In this document: in pieces, positions 11,983-25,429 of the stretch
Layout of the letters: every line of letters begins with the position of its first letter
Numbering within the stretch: the first letter of the stretch is position 1
NCBI GenBank assembly: GCA_002269645.1
Contig: NIVC01000169.1
Coordinates: 248,001-312,000, forward strand
Direction of reading: 5' to 3'
From: Macrostomum lignano
Lineage: Eukaryota
DNA: 64,000 nt
The notes under the pieces: model-generated
Told to the model about the DNA's origin: nothing
Database searches by the model: none
What the model saw: only the letters and a program-made list of their open reading frames with translations
Program-made: the position numbers and the translations under genes

Positions 11983-13615
11983 GAGCCTGGGCGGGGGCGT
12001 GAGGTGGGTGCGGCTATCATGGGGTTGGCTGCAACTTGCGCCAGCCAATGAGCGACAGACTAGGGGGTAGAGAGAAGCGAACCTCTATGTACATTCGGTT
12101 AGGAGCACAGTGGTTAGACAATGATAGAAGGAAAGACGAATGCCGATATGTATCGATTTGCAGGAAGATATGTACCGAACAGTTCCGTAAGTCTAAAGTG
12201 ACAGTGAAATTTACTCTTTGTTTCTTCTAGTGTAGCAAGTTGACTAATATTTTTGTCTTATTAAAAATTTATCAACCCTAATTTCAAACCTTTCAACTAT
12301 CAAAAGCAAAAGCTTTGCGATCAAATTATTGTAGTTTCTATTCTCATTATTAATTTCCAAAAATTTAATCTGTTTAAATTTGTGCCAAGTGTTTTCTTCA
12401 AAAAATTGAGGTGTTCGTTTTAAAACCAGAAAAATTATGATCAAAACAAAACTAGCTAAAGAGGTTGACGAATAAACTATTAATTGTTAATTGATTCATA
12501 GCAATCTCGCACCTTTGTCATCTATAAAAGTGCACTAACAGCTGCAATAAATACACTGCAACTAATCCTAAATCAAGCGACTAAAAGGCAAAAAAAATTT
12601 GTTTATCTTTTTCAATTTAATCGCAATTTAAATTCGCCGCATATTGCCGGAAGAATCGAAAGAAAAAGCAACAATAATTTATTAAGTAGCTCAACACAAT
12701 TTAGAATGCAATCCAATCTGTAAGTGGTTGATATCTGATTTTAACAAAATAACTTAATAAACATCTTAGCTTTGGAATCACAGAACGACAATGTTCAGTT
12801 GGGAAAATGGATATAGCGGCGCCGCATCGGTGACTGTGAAACACGCAAAAGACAACGAAAAATATGAATAGATAAAAATATAGCTAGCTAGTTCACATCA
12901 GATAAATTATTCTTGTGAACAACACCAAAAAAGGCAAGGAAGAGCTGATATAGAGTTAGCAGTGACATAACAACAACATTGTCAGTAATTACTACTTAAA
13001 CTGAGTAGTAGCTCACCCTAAAGGTAAATATAAAATTTAGACAGTAGGAAAGCAGAAAAGCATAAACTGATAGAAGCTGAGACCAAACATTGATAGAAGT
13101 GATCGAATGCGCACAATGAAAGCGATACAAATTGTAAGCATGTACAAAAATAGTGCTGCGTAAGGTCGCTGAGTCGAAATTGATTGCGCTAGTGAAAATA
13201 AAATAGAAAGAAATGGTACAAACAGGCCGATAATGCTTATTTTGTAAAATAAAACTTTTACAACTTTGAGATTCCATATTATTGAAGCAGATCTTCACAT
13301 AAACTTTAAGAAATCACTTAACCTTTAAACATGCTTTATTGCATAAAATACAGTAAGGCAAACTTACTTAGCGTTGACTGCCTAGTCAGCTAATTAGTAG
13401 TTATAATTACCTACAAAGCATATGGCCAGTGCCAATCTAAGTGTTATTGGTGGTCTGTAAGGTAATGTAAAGGTAAACGGCTGGAGTAAATACCAGCAAT
13501 ACTAAGTTCTAAGTGCCTCGTCGGCTAATTAGTAGTTAAAAGCTGCTATAAAAGTACGGCGCAAGTTTAATATCAACTTTAGAAATAATCAAATAAAACC
13601 AATTAGTGGGGGGCG

Positions 13616-16600
13616 TCAGGAAGCCGCAGCAGCCGCCTCCGCCGTCGCCTCAGCCTCCTCAGCCTCGGCCCGGGCGGCCAGCCGGGCCAACAGCGGCTCC
13701 AGCCGGCATTCCGGAAACGCCACAGCAAGCGCGGACTCCAACAGCACCAGCAGCAGCCGCCTGTTCAGCTCCTCGCATTGCAGCATGCGGAACAGCCGGT
13801 CAACGCCCTGCCGGACGGCCTCGTTGCCAAGCAGCTGGCGCAGCTCGCCGGGCACGCTGGCCAGCAGCACCGCCCGGCACAGCAGGCGAGTCCGCACGGC
13901 GTCAACCGGCTGCCGTTCCGGCGTCTCAGCTGGCTGGTCGAACAGCGCCTCGCGCAGCTGACGAAGGCCATCGGCGACGCTCTGCGGCCCGGTAAGCAGG
14001 CGGGCCCAGTCAACAATGCGCCGGTTCACCCGGTCGCCGAGCAGCGCCCGTAGCAGTCGGCTGAGCGTCGACACCACGGCCTTGCGCAGGACGCGGCTCC
14101 TGTCGCGCAGGTCGAACACCTCGTCTAGCAGAAGCAGCAGCAGCCGCAGCGGCAGGTTGCTCGGCCCGGCCGCGCCGCTACCGTCGTCTGAGGAGTCGCC
14201 GTCTTCAATGTCGGAATCGGAGCCGGAGTTTGTCGGCGACGCGGCGACGGCGGAGGAATTGACGTTGGAGCCGAGGGTCGGCGTGGAGCTCGGCCGCTTC
14301 ATGAAGCTGCGCTTGACGCCATCGATAAGACTGTCCAGAGCGTTCCCGACTGCCGCCAGCTGCTGCTGCTGTTGCTGCTGCTCCTGCGGTTGTTGCAGAA
14401 ATTGGCGCAGCAATTGCAAAGCCGATTCGGCTTTCGGTTTGTCGGCGCCAACGCCGGCGCAGCAGGCATCGATAACGGCGCGCAGGAAGGCGTCAAGCTG
14501 GCGCCGGCGCTGCTCAACTAAGCTGGGATTGAGGCGGCCGCGCACGGAAGTCTTGGCCGGAAATGGCAGCCGGCCCAAGCGGCTCCAGCGGGCAGCCAGG
14601 ACGGACTGCAGGTCGGAGAATTCCGAGTACCGGCGCAGCAGCTCCCACTGGATGGCCGGCTGGCCTGGGGCGGCGGGCGGCCGCGTCACCCGAATAGCGT
14701 AGCTGGTGTACGTCTCCGAGTCCGTCTGCAGATGGGCGGTGGGTAAGGGGGAAGGGAGATCCTTAACGATATGTTGCGTAAATAACTTTTAAGTACATTG
14801 AAAAACCCAGAGACACGTTTTGAGGGCCGATTTTTTTCGAAAAGCGAGTACACTGGTTAGATAGTTAGATCGACACTGGATAGGTAGGTAGGTAGGTAGG
14901 TAGGTAGGTAGGTAGGTAGGTAGGTAGGTAGGTAGGTAGGTAGGTAGATATCGGCGGCTTTGCTCAACTTGCCAACCAACTCAATCACTGTCGCTGGACT
15001 CGCTGCCTTGGAGGGGGGGGGGGTGTGACGCAACCCTATTCAGCTGCGTACTAACCAAGACCAACTCTGCTTAAAATCCAACCTTGGCTGTTCATTCGAC
15101 TCAACACAGTAGGAAAACGATTCGAAGAAAAGAAGCCATACATGTAAGAACTGCAACTGACTCAGCAATAGCTCACCCGAGTTGTCTCGTGCCGAACAAC
15201 ACTGGCTAGGAGTTCGGTATCTGAGCCGCTAACATCACCGTCACCACTGCCGCCGTTGTCATCAATGGGCCCGGACTCCGACCCGGCCAAAACGTCGCCG
15301 GAAGAGTCCGCAGCCTCCGCCTCATCGGCCAGACTGTCCAGCAGCTGCCTGTACTCCTCGCTGTTGGTGAACTGGCCGTAGAATTGGCTCTGGGCTAGCA
15401 GCCTCAGCAGGTCGGCGCGAAGATCCTCCAGCACCGCGGCCAGACCCGATGGTGCTGACCGACTGGCAGCCGGAGTTGTCGCCGATGAGGCCGCGTGAAG
15501 CAGCTGTTGAGCACGCCGGATTATGGATGAGTTGAGCTGGCGGAGCTCCTGCAGTTGCGGTGAGGATAGAAGATTTGAGCAGTGCTTAGGGCAGTTCTAG
15601 TACAGGGACATCAGATTCAATAAGCAGTGCTGAATGCAGTTCTAATACAGGGACAGCAGATTTGAGCAGTACTCAAAGCAGTTCTGATACAGGGACAGCA
15701 GATTTGAGCAGTGCTGAATGCAGTTCTGATACAGGGACAGCAGATTTGAGCAGTGCTCAAAGCAGTTCTGACACAGGGACAGCAGATTTGAGCAGTGCTC
15801 GAAGCAGTTCTGACACAGGGACAGCAGATTTGAGCAGTGCTCAAAGCAGTTCTGATACAGGGACAGCAGATTTGAGCAGTGCTCGAAGCAGTTCTGACAC
15901 AGGGACAGCAGATTTGAGCAGTGCTCGAAGCAGTTCTGACACAGGGACAGCAGATTTGAGCAGTGCTCGAAGCAGTTCTGACACAGGGACAGCAGATTTG
16001 AGCAGTGCTCGAAGCAGTTCTGACACAGGGACAGCAGATTTGAGCAGTGCTCGAAGCAGTTCTGACACAGGGACAGCAGATTTAAGCAGTGCTCGAAGCA
16101 GTTCTGACACAGGGACAGCAGATTTGAGCAGTGCTCGAAGCAGTTCTGACACAGGGACAGCAGATTTGAGCAGTAATCAAGGCAGTTTTGGTACAGAGAG
16201 GAGGCAGATTTGGCAGATTTGAACATTGGCAATTTTAGCAAGGTGAGCTCACCTGAGCTGCCGGGCCTTCCAAATGATCAGTCAAAATGCAGACGGCGGC
16301 CTCCGAGCTGCTGCCGCCGCCACGCCAGCCTTCAATATTGAGATAGAAGCCCAGGTAGCGGCCGAAGCCGGCGGAGTCCAGGTAGGAGTGAAAGGCTGCC
16401 AGCCCAGCCGGGTTGTCCATCACAGCGCTAAACGGCAACCGCCGCCTGCGCAGCTGGGCCGCCCGCTCGTGGCAGCGCCGCCGCAGGAAGTCCAGGCTGG
16501 CCATGCCGGCGCGAACCTCGTCGTCGTCGCTGCCGCCGCAGTCGCGCGCACGGAGGCGGGCCACCTCGGCGGCGGCGAAACTGTCCAGTGCGGCCACCTC

Positions 16601-18077
16601 ATCTGGATCGGCTGTTGCCGACAGCGCCTGCGAAGGGGGGGGGTTGGGGCGAGAAAGCTGTCTTTAGCAGATCGAATTTTTCTGTGAAATGGAACGGATA
16701 GCTTGGCTAATGGCACGCCCAATTCCGGTAACGCTAATGATTATCAGCGATATGGTGCTCACAAGATTCTTAACATACGGTTCAATTTCGCGAGCGGCTA
16801 CATTCATTTGGGGCTTTTGTGCACAAAAGTAAAGCGGGGGGTGTCCATGAGGGCCAACCCCCAAGGCGCAGAGAGTGCCAGGGCCGATGTACACCCTGTG
16901 TGAGCGAGTGTACGAGTGCGTGCCTGCGTAGGTGCCTACAGCCCTCCCGTGAATGTTGATCAGTTTTAACAATTTCCAATGATTACACTGACACTCAAAC
17001 AGCCGATCCAGTTGTGGGATCCAAATAAATTAGGATGCGCCACTCTGGCAAGCCGCCTCCATCTTCTGCAAACTAAAAATTGGCATCCCAAGCCAATAAC
17101 TCAGGAAATTCGATTCGGATGCGTCTGTTAACTTTTTTGGGTGAGTTCAGCCTAATCAACCTTTGAGCTAGCCGCAGTCAACGCTGCTTACTGTGTGCCC
17201 CGAGACTCACCTGCAGCAGGCTGTCCACATCGCAGGGCCGTCTCAGGCGCACAATCAGCTGATTGACGCTGTCCGGACTGGCCAGCCAGTCGATGCCGCG
17301 CAGGATGGTTGAGGCGGCCAATTCGGCGAATAGGCGCCGATGGCAGGGGTGTCCACCCGGCGCCGGCGCCCCCAGCAACAGCCGGCCGGCCAGAGATTCG
17401 GCCAGGCGGCCGAGAAACTCGCCCAGCCGGCGTCGGCTCTGGCACAGGACGGCCCTCGACCGGCCATCGATCTCGCGCTCGAGACGGAAGAAGCCGGCGG
17501 CCGGGTCGGCCTGGCGCCGCTGCAGGCTCCGCCGGTAGAGCCGGACGTGGCCGGCAAACAAATCGGGCGTGCGCCGGGTCAGCCAGCCCGTCCAGTCGGT
17601 GCGGCTGGCGCGCTGGCAGGCGCCGACAACTACGGAACGGGAGAGGCGGCGCAGCTCGGCGGGCACGGCCGGACAGTCGGAGAGCCGGTCGTACCAGGCG
17701 GCCGAGACGAATTCGCGAACGGAGCAGTCGAGCAGGTCATCCAGCTGCTGGTCGATTCGCAGGTCCTCGGTGATGCAGCGGCCTGAGCCGTCATGCGCAG
17801 CTTCATCAGGGCCGCTGCCGTTGCTCTGGCTAGCAGTGCGGAGGCCGCGACCGGCCGGGCAGGTGGAAGCAGGCAGGCTGGTGGGGAACTGAGGTCCACG
17901 CCTCTGGTGCACAAGCCGGCCAGCCCGACAGAAGCTGGTCAGGCAGCCAGCGGCAAAGCAGACAGCTGCGAGAGTTAGCGCGGCAGCCTGGGTTGGACCG
18001 CCAGCAGCGCAGACAATGGCCAGCAGGAGTGCACAGGCCCACAGGCGGGCGGCCTTGCTGGCATTGACTGCCGGCAT
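13616..18077 (-). CDS. SNX13: Sorting nexin-13-like (PXA-RGS-PX-PXC), 4 coding exons, about 907 aa
   Basis: Exons 18077-17211, 16627-16253, 15548-15177, 14725-13616, all phase 0 and GT-AG. Contains N-terminal TM + PXA (DDLLDCSVREFVSAAWYDRLS), an RGS-like region (FSAVMDNPAGLAAFHSYL), PX (RRYSEFSDLQ...RRRQLDAFLR) and PXC (NLPLRLLLLLLDEVFDLRDR...GDRVNRRIVD), matching recalled SNX13. Confidence 0.88.
14881..14946 (+). repeat. (TAGG)n microsatellite, SNX13 intron 3
   Basis: Direct reading. Confidence 0.95.
15570..16200 (+). repeat. 42-bp minisatellite, SNX13 intron 2
   Basis: cagatttgagcagtgctcgaagcagttctgacacagggacag repeated about 15 times. Confidence 0.92.
16750..16940 (+). mobile_element. 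tRNA-derived SINE family copy, in SNX13 intron 1
   Basis: Shares cattcatttggggct, catgagggccaacccccaagg and gggccgatgtacaccctgtgtgagcgag with the other copies. Confidence 0.7.
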
Positions 18078-19466
18078 TGTGCACACGCCTGTAGAAAAAG
18101 GTTTTGTTTTGTTACTAATATAACTCTAGAAATAATATTTGGAGTTCACTTAAAAATATGGTTCAAATTCATTCACATACAGACTGAAAATTCAATCCAA
18201 TAATAAATGTAATCAGAAATATTAAGTTGGCATTGAAACTGACAAAAACCTTGTTTTTCCATACAACATATGCCTTTTTTAAAGGGTGAATTTTAAAAGT
18301 AGTGTATCAAAAATTATTTTTATTTGGGTAGGCAGAAAAAATTAATATTTATTTTAAGGTCTTCCTATGATAAAGACTGTAAATTGTGTAACAAGTAATA
18401 CTATTTATATATTGCTGCATTGCATACAATTTGGGCCCCAATTTAGAAATAACCTAAAATTTCCAAAAATTAAATAAAAACACATAATTTATATTATAAA
18501 TGGGCATTATACTGATGGAATTCATTTTATGAACTTCAAATACTCGTATTCTGCTAATTGTCAGTAACTAGCAAAATATTAAAAAATGAAAGCTAGTACA
18601 ACCAGGGTTACTTTACAAAAACAAAAAATTACCAAAGCAAATAAAACAATGTGATCATTATCTAATATAAAAAGCTAATGATAATCTATAAAACAGTTAG
18701 ATAGCAACATAGCGTTGCATGGAATGCTTCTATATTCCATAGAATTAGCCAAATATTATGCTTAAAAACAAAAGTATGCTCATATGACTTTAAATTAATT
18801 TTATATAAACAATTATTATTCAATCTTATTGTTAATAAAAATGGTTAATAAACAGTAAAATAAGCAACATAGTTATAGATAAGTCTATAGTCATAGTCTT
18901 ACTGAAAATAAAAAAAATATTTTTTTGCAAGTTTAGTCTTTCAAAAACATTTTTAGGAACTATCGTCTGTCGTTCTGCAGTCTGTCGTTTGTAGAAGCCA
19001 GACGGAAGGGTTATTGCTGAAAAATATAAATATACTTATAAAAGTTGCACGACTGGTAAACAAAAAATACCTAATTATTCATGACGATACAATGCTGATA
19101 TATGTATAGAAATACAATAGTAATATAATAAAAATTTTACGACGGCTATAGAAGCAGTAAATTTGTACGGCTCCTAGAATTTGTATGTATGCGGTATGCG
19201 GTTCTTGTAAATTTAAGGTTTTCGTGTGTTTTTAATTGGTGCGGGCATAGATCCATTTTCGCAAACAAACTTCTGTTTATATGCATTCTAAATTAAATTC
19301 TTTGAAATTTAAGTGTGCTTTTTAAAACAGTGAGATGCGCATCTCTTAGAATAAGCGGTTCAAAGTTTTGTTAATCGCTTTAAAATGTTTAACAATTTAT
19401 TTAAATAGATAATACGCGCGAACGTTGAGTTCTCATAGGTACGAGCACGACCGCACGAGGTTATAC

Positions 19467-21282
19467 CCCGGCGGTAAAAATCACGTCGAAATGACGTCGA
19501 TATTCGCCTTTCAAAAACTTGCGACAAATGAGTAGTCGTTTGAACCTTCATTTGACGTCGAAATTTCGATATGAAATTTTTATCTTCTTTTTTGCAGAAA
19601 TAATTATTAGTGATATTTGAAAAATATTTTTTCAACGTGATTTTCAGTGTATTGAAAGGATCAATAAATTCAGTAAAACTGACACAACGTTTTTTTTGTT
19701 TCAACGCATCGCGAGATACACCTTTTTAAAAATATAGCCATGCTGAATGTCGATCTATTATTTGTCAATTGCAGACTTCCAAATTATTTTACTGCGATTC
19801 ATACGTAAATCTTTAACGTAAATTTTCTGTAACAAACATGGCAATTCATATTCTTTCATTGCGTTTCATTATTTTTTCGATAATTAATGTGATATACAAT
19901 TTATGCGTTTAAAGTTCGATGTTTTATAATACTGTTGCTTATAGGACGGATAGGTTTAACTTTTTATACAGGATAAGTGAATTAATAATAAAGTAGCCAT
20001 AAATTAGCAACTTTTTACGTTTTAGTACAGCTTATTGGAAATTAATAATAGTGTAATATTTAATAAACAATAATAGATTAGCTTTTATAAATGTAATAAA
20101 AGCACAATTCTATAGCTAAAAGAATGTTTGTTATGAAAAAATTTTTAGGACATTTAGGACATAGACGTAATTATAATTTTAGCCTAAATAGTATATATAA
20201 TTATCCCATTTAAACATTAATTATTTAATTATTCATTCTAATATATGTTTGTTACATTCTAAATAAAAGCATAGCCCAACCCATAACTGCTCATGAAATA
20301 ACTAGAACAGCTATAGCATTTAAGTACCTTATCGCCAGCATCTAGAGCATGAAATACTACTCATACTATAATTATCTATTTTTTCTATGTAATGAAAACA
20401 GGATATACTATGTAACTATGCTATAAAAACTTTTATAAATGCTCTATATGGCCCAGGAATATATAGAACATTGTATAGTATTTTACTTGTTTAGTAAAGC
20501 CGCTGCTTACTCTACCAAAAATTCCAGCAAATGCCCCTCTGTCAACTCGGCGGCTGAGGACGTCCTACGTGACCGCACAAGACGCAAAAGCTGAATTTCC
20601 GTGTGGAGTAACCGCGCAGACGCCGTTGATTTTCAGTGTTTCCCTTTCACGATTACAATTTGTTGAATTACATTTAGTTGCATTTGTTGACATTGTTGTT
20701 CCTTATTTTTCCATCGTCTATTTTCTATTCTTGATAGCTTTGATGCTATTTCTATGATCGTTTCCAATTGCTGGTGAATTGAATATACACTGTATACTTT
20801 TTCATGGTTGCAGGATAATAGGATCTGGTTTGGATAGCAAATGAAACGTCATGCAGCCTTGCTTGGCATTTTATGCTTAAATATTTCTTTCCTATTTAGG
20901 TAGATTAGTGACTTTAGTGTATGGATTAACATTTATGTTTCGTCAGCTTAGTTCGTTTGTAGATCGTACATGTAGTTCGTCAGTTTATGACTATTGAAAA
21001 AAATAACTTTTTATAACTATATGAAACTAATGCACTACAGTATATTATTAATATTAATTAGTATATGTAGATAAAAATCGTCAATTTGTCGAAAATCGCC
21101 ATCTACTTGCGGTCATCATGAATATGAACGACGTCGACTTTTCGCCATCAATAGTGGAAAACGCGACGTCGCACACTCTACATCTGATGGCGAAAATTTC
21201 GACGTCGAAATCGTGGTTCAAATCGACATGAAATTTCGACGTCGCTTTTCGACGTCATTTCGACGTGATTTTTACCGCCGGG
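19467..21282. mobile_element. Non-autonomous CACTA/EnSpm (CMC)-like DNA transposon
   Basis: 34-bp perfect TIRs CCCGGCGGTAAAAATCACGTCGAAATGACGTCGA. The dinucleotide AC flanks both ends (2-bp TSD). Multiple subterminal GACGTCGA motifs occur at both ends. The interior is AT-rich with no transposase ORF. Confidence 0.7.
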
Positions 21283-22242
21283 ACTTTACATGTTTTAGCT
21301 AGCATCGAATAAGATGATTAGGACACTTCTAAGCTCCGTGGACTACTAGCTGTGTCTTGTACAATAGCTACGAGTACATTATTATCATTATCATAACTGA
21401 TTGAAATCTGCTTTGCGTTTCTCCAAGTCAGTGGGAATTTATATACACACATTTTGAGCACCTACCATTCGCATGCATACATGCATGCACAATGCAAATT
21501 TATAGTCATCCTTGATAATGATGCATTAGCTCGTCTTGCTCACTTTAGCATTCGCGTGCATCTGAAGTCAATCGCAGCCTGAATTCCAGCATAGACTCGT
21601 TCATGTGTACTACTGCTGTGCTATATACTCGACCCCTTGATCATCCCTGGTCTTTAACCCTTTGAATATATATTTGAATCTACGTTGTAGCATACTACGA
21701 AAGAGCGACTTATAACTCCGTGGGTTTATTATACAGTTGTAAGTAATTGAATACTTCCAGGGTATGCGCAAAACATTACTGTGTATGTACTACACGTCTA
21801 CATGTACATCAGATATGTACATATACATCCGCTACAGTAGCACATGCAACATGCAGGAAGCAGCAACTTTTACTGCATTTTACTGTATATAATGAAAAAG
21901 AGGATAACCCTCTGCTGTCTCTTATCGGAGACGGTCTTCAAAGCCATTTGTGTGACTAATTCATACTAAGCATATTTAATACATACTCGCTCTGAATTGT
22001 ACATTTACTAACCAGAGACGTCTGTCTGACCAGCTGTAATGTATCCATGTCGTGCTTTTGCGATCTTATAGCACCAGCAGCACTTATACAGTTCAGCTGC
22101 CAAGTAGAATTGTATATTTGTTTTTACAATAAACACTCCGGTAATAAGATACGCTGTAGAATAACGAAAAAGATCAGGATAATTCGATTGGCGGTCCAAG
22201 TCCATCATCAAGTCCAGAGAGGCGGTGATTTTTTACTTATAA

Positions 22243-24373
22243 TTATGTTTTCCTGTCCTGCACATCTTTGCTTTGCCGCTCCATCTTCTTAGCCGCGCTG
22301 TCGTTCAATTCGTCATCGTCAGAATCGGGAGACGACTGGGAGAGGAATTTCTCCAGGTCCAGGCTGCCGACGCTCGGGTAGCGCATCGAATGCCTCGGCT
22401 GGCTGCGAGCGCCTGACGCCTTTTTGATCGACTTCGGCACCACGGATGACGAGCTGCACCGGCTTGAGACCAGGCTGCGCGTGATCTCGCTCTGGCTGAG
22501 CTCTTCGGCTAGTTGAGAGCGCCTGCTGAGCTGCGACTGGCTCTGCTTTCGCCTGGCGTAGAAGTCCAGGCTGCTCTGTGTCGGAGTGCAGCTCTGCGCG
22601 ACGCTCCAGCGCAGCTGAGATGAGTACCGCTTACCGCCTGATCAATTGAAATAGCGCGGCAGCTCTGTGCCAGCTGTGCTTTGGCTCATTGGAATTACGC
22701 TTTCTTAGTGGGCGTTCCCGTCTCTTAACGTGTCTTAGTGGGCGTTCCCGTCTCTTTACGTGTCTTAGTGGGCGTTCCCGTCTCTTAACGTGTCTTAGTG
22801 GGTGTTCCCGTCACTTAACGTGTCTTAGTGGGTGTTCCCGTCTCTTAACGTGTCTTAGTGGGTGTTCCCGTCTCTTAACGTGTCTTTAGTGGGTGTTCCC
22901 GTCACTTAACGTGTCTTTGTGGGTGTTCCCGTCTCTTAACGTGTCTTAGTGGGTGTTCCCATCTCTTAACGTGTCTTAGTGGGTGTTCCCGTCACTTAAC
23001 GTGTCTTAGTGGGCGTTCCCGTCTCTTAACGTGTCTTAGTGGGTGTTCCCGTCACTTAACGTGTCTTAGTGGGTGTTCCCGTCTCTTAACGTGTCTTAGT
23101 GGGTGTTCCCGTCTCTTAACGTGTCTTTAGTGGGTGTTCCCGTCACTTAACGTGTCTTAGTGGGTGTTCCCGTCTCTTAACGTGTCTTAGTGGGTGTTCC
23201 CGTCACTTAACGTGTCTTAGTGGGCGTTCCCGTCTCTTAACGTGTCTTAGTGGGTGTTCCCGTCACTTAACGTGTCTTAGTGGGTGTTCCCGTCTCTTAA
23301 CGTGTCTTAGTGGGTGTTCCCGTCTCTTAACGTGTCTTTAGTGGGTGTTCCCGTCACTTAACGTGTCTTAGTGGGTGTTCCCGTCTCTTAACGTGTCTTA
23401 GTGGGCGCCCATATCGATCTTGGTAGATGAGGGGACGATTGGAGAGCCATTGATGTATTGTACATGCATTATGCAACTCGTAAAAATGCATACATGTATA
23501 GTACATAAAGCGTATGTTCGTACAAGCGGCCCTGTCTCAAAGCCCCTGACCAGCTAGTAGCGTAGCTATAGGCTGGGATACTGAGATACTTCCGATGTAT
23601 ATACCCTAAAAGAGAAATTTCAATTTCAAAATCCAGTTCTTCTAGCTTTTTGGGTTCATAACACTCTACAAAATCATGGATCCAACTTTACCATTGGAAA
23701 CCCACAAGTCCCAGGCTTAAAATTGTAAATACTGGCAGGAGGCTGTGGCTAAGCTAGTGTAATAAACGTCACAGCCTTCGGCTACATCTTCCCACAACCA
23801 GCGCTGAGGCGATTCTGCCCATTCCGCTGACTCCTGAGCACATCCAAGCTCGCCAATACTGTACGCAAGTACGCACTCGTACACTCGCTCACACAGGGTG
23901 TACATCGGCCCTGGCTGTCTAACCGTCAGGCATGTACACTCTGTGTGCCTTGGGGAGTTGGCCCTCATGGACACCCCTCGCTTTACAAGTGCATACAAGC
24001 CCCAAATGAATGTTGCCGCGGTTGTGCCGCGAGATTCGGAGGCGTTTGCCGCTGACCTGCCCTGCCCCTGTCGCAGGATTATTAAGGCAGCTCCAACACA
24101 CCGTTCGAACTCACTATTCGAAAGTTAATTTCGAACCAAAAAGTCACATTTAATTCAACGTTACTCACCATCCGAGCCGGGATGGGCAAACTCCACAATC
24201 TCTGAGCTCTCCTCCTCATTTTTAATGGTGAAAACCGGACCATTGCTGGCCTCATCCTCTTCCAAGCCTTGCAGAGCAGCGGCGGGCGGCGGCACGTCAG
24301 TTTCTGAGTCGGAATCGAGCTGCTCCTGCAGCAGCCAGCTGCTGGTTGATGGCCGCTTCTTCTTGGCTGGCAT
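22243..24373 (-). CDS. Putative two-exon orphan gene, Ser-rich/acidic low-complexity protein of about 199 aa
   Basis: Exon 1 is 24373-24169 (MPAKKKR..., donor g|gtgagt, phase 1). Exon 2 is 22637-22243 (acceptor gatcag|gc, phase 1, stop TAA). The phases match and both exons are GC-rich relative to their flanks. No recognisable domain. Confidence 0.55.
22703..23406 (+). repeat. 30-bp minisatellite, orphan-gene intron
   Basis: cttagtgggtgttcccgtctcttaacgtgt repeated about 23 times. Confidence 0.93.
23769..24040 (-). mobile_element. tRNA-derived SINE family copy, in the orphan-gene intron
   Basis: Contains ccttcggctacatc..cccacaaccagcgctgagg, cacacagggtgtaca, gcatgtacactctgtgtgccttgg and agccccaaatg, shared with the copies at 44.4 and 53.0 kb. 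Confidence 0.75.
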
Positions 24374-25429
24374 TCCAATGCGGCAGGAATTCCTTTCGCG
24401 TGTCAGTGCGGAACAAAAAGGATGTCGTATTTTGATTGTACTTATAATTTCAGTGCATGCAGTTCATAGAGTATGTTCATCAGGTGATCGTATTTAACCA
24501 TAGACTTACTTAGCTACTCGTAATATAAAACAACAACTTGGACATCTGCAAGCACATGTAGCAATTAAAAAGTCCACACATTTAATACCATGCACACTTC
24601 TTAGAATTTTCCAAGATTATCTTGCGTTCTTCCTAAAAAACCTTTTAGGAAGCACCTCTAGAAATCCTGCTTTTAAGTCATGTTCATGGACTAATTCTTC
24701 CGATTGTTTTCTATTTTTACACTGTTACGACTCATCCAAGTATCAATTCAATAAGTACAGCAGCTTAAATTTGCCAAAATGTCATCAAGGGCCCAAGTGT
24801 AAGAAATTCAATAATATCTATACTAGCATCGTCAGGCGTAAGATTTACTGACAAATATTCTAAGCTTTCCTCGACAATTACGGAAACCTAAAAGAAGAAT
24901 CTTGGAAAACATTTTTGCAAGATCTTAGGATAATCTATCTATATCATTATGAACAATTGTCTCCTAAGATTTATTTTAAGACAAATTTCAACAGATGGCC
25001 TTTAGGGAAACATGCAAAATATCACTTCAGTAGTGAGGTACGACGCATTGGAGTAAAATGAGTGACAGTGGGTGACAACCAATATTCCCGGCAACCAGTA
25101 CAAGAGTTTATGTCATGACGTTTGTATAGATCTGCCAATACTGAAGTCACGTAATACTTTGATTAATGCGCATTGGCCTACAGCAGTAGGATATTCACGT
25201 ATCTGAGCACAGTTCCGAACTAATATCTGGTCTGTACTACAGTGGCTACACAAATGCTGACACACATGGCGACCTCTCAGCTGGGTCAATCGTAGGAGTT
25301 AACATCACAAAAACTGAAAGCTGAAAAATATAGCCACAATGCTGTATGCGCGCAGGTCTATCCGAAGCTTTTTGGTTTCTATACCCAGCTGGAAGTGACT
25401 CAGCCTCTCGCTTCGCCTCCCCCAATCCT

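Noticed and set aside
22008-22211. 67-aa minus-strand ORF downstream of the orphan gene
   Set aside because: AT-rich, no supported splice connection and no recognisable domain.
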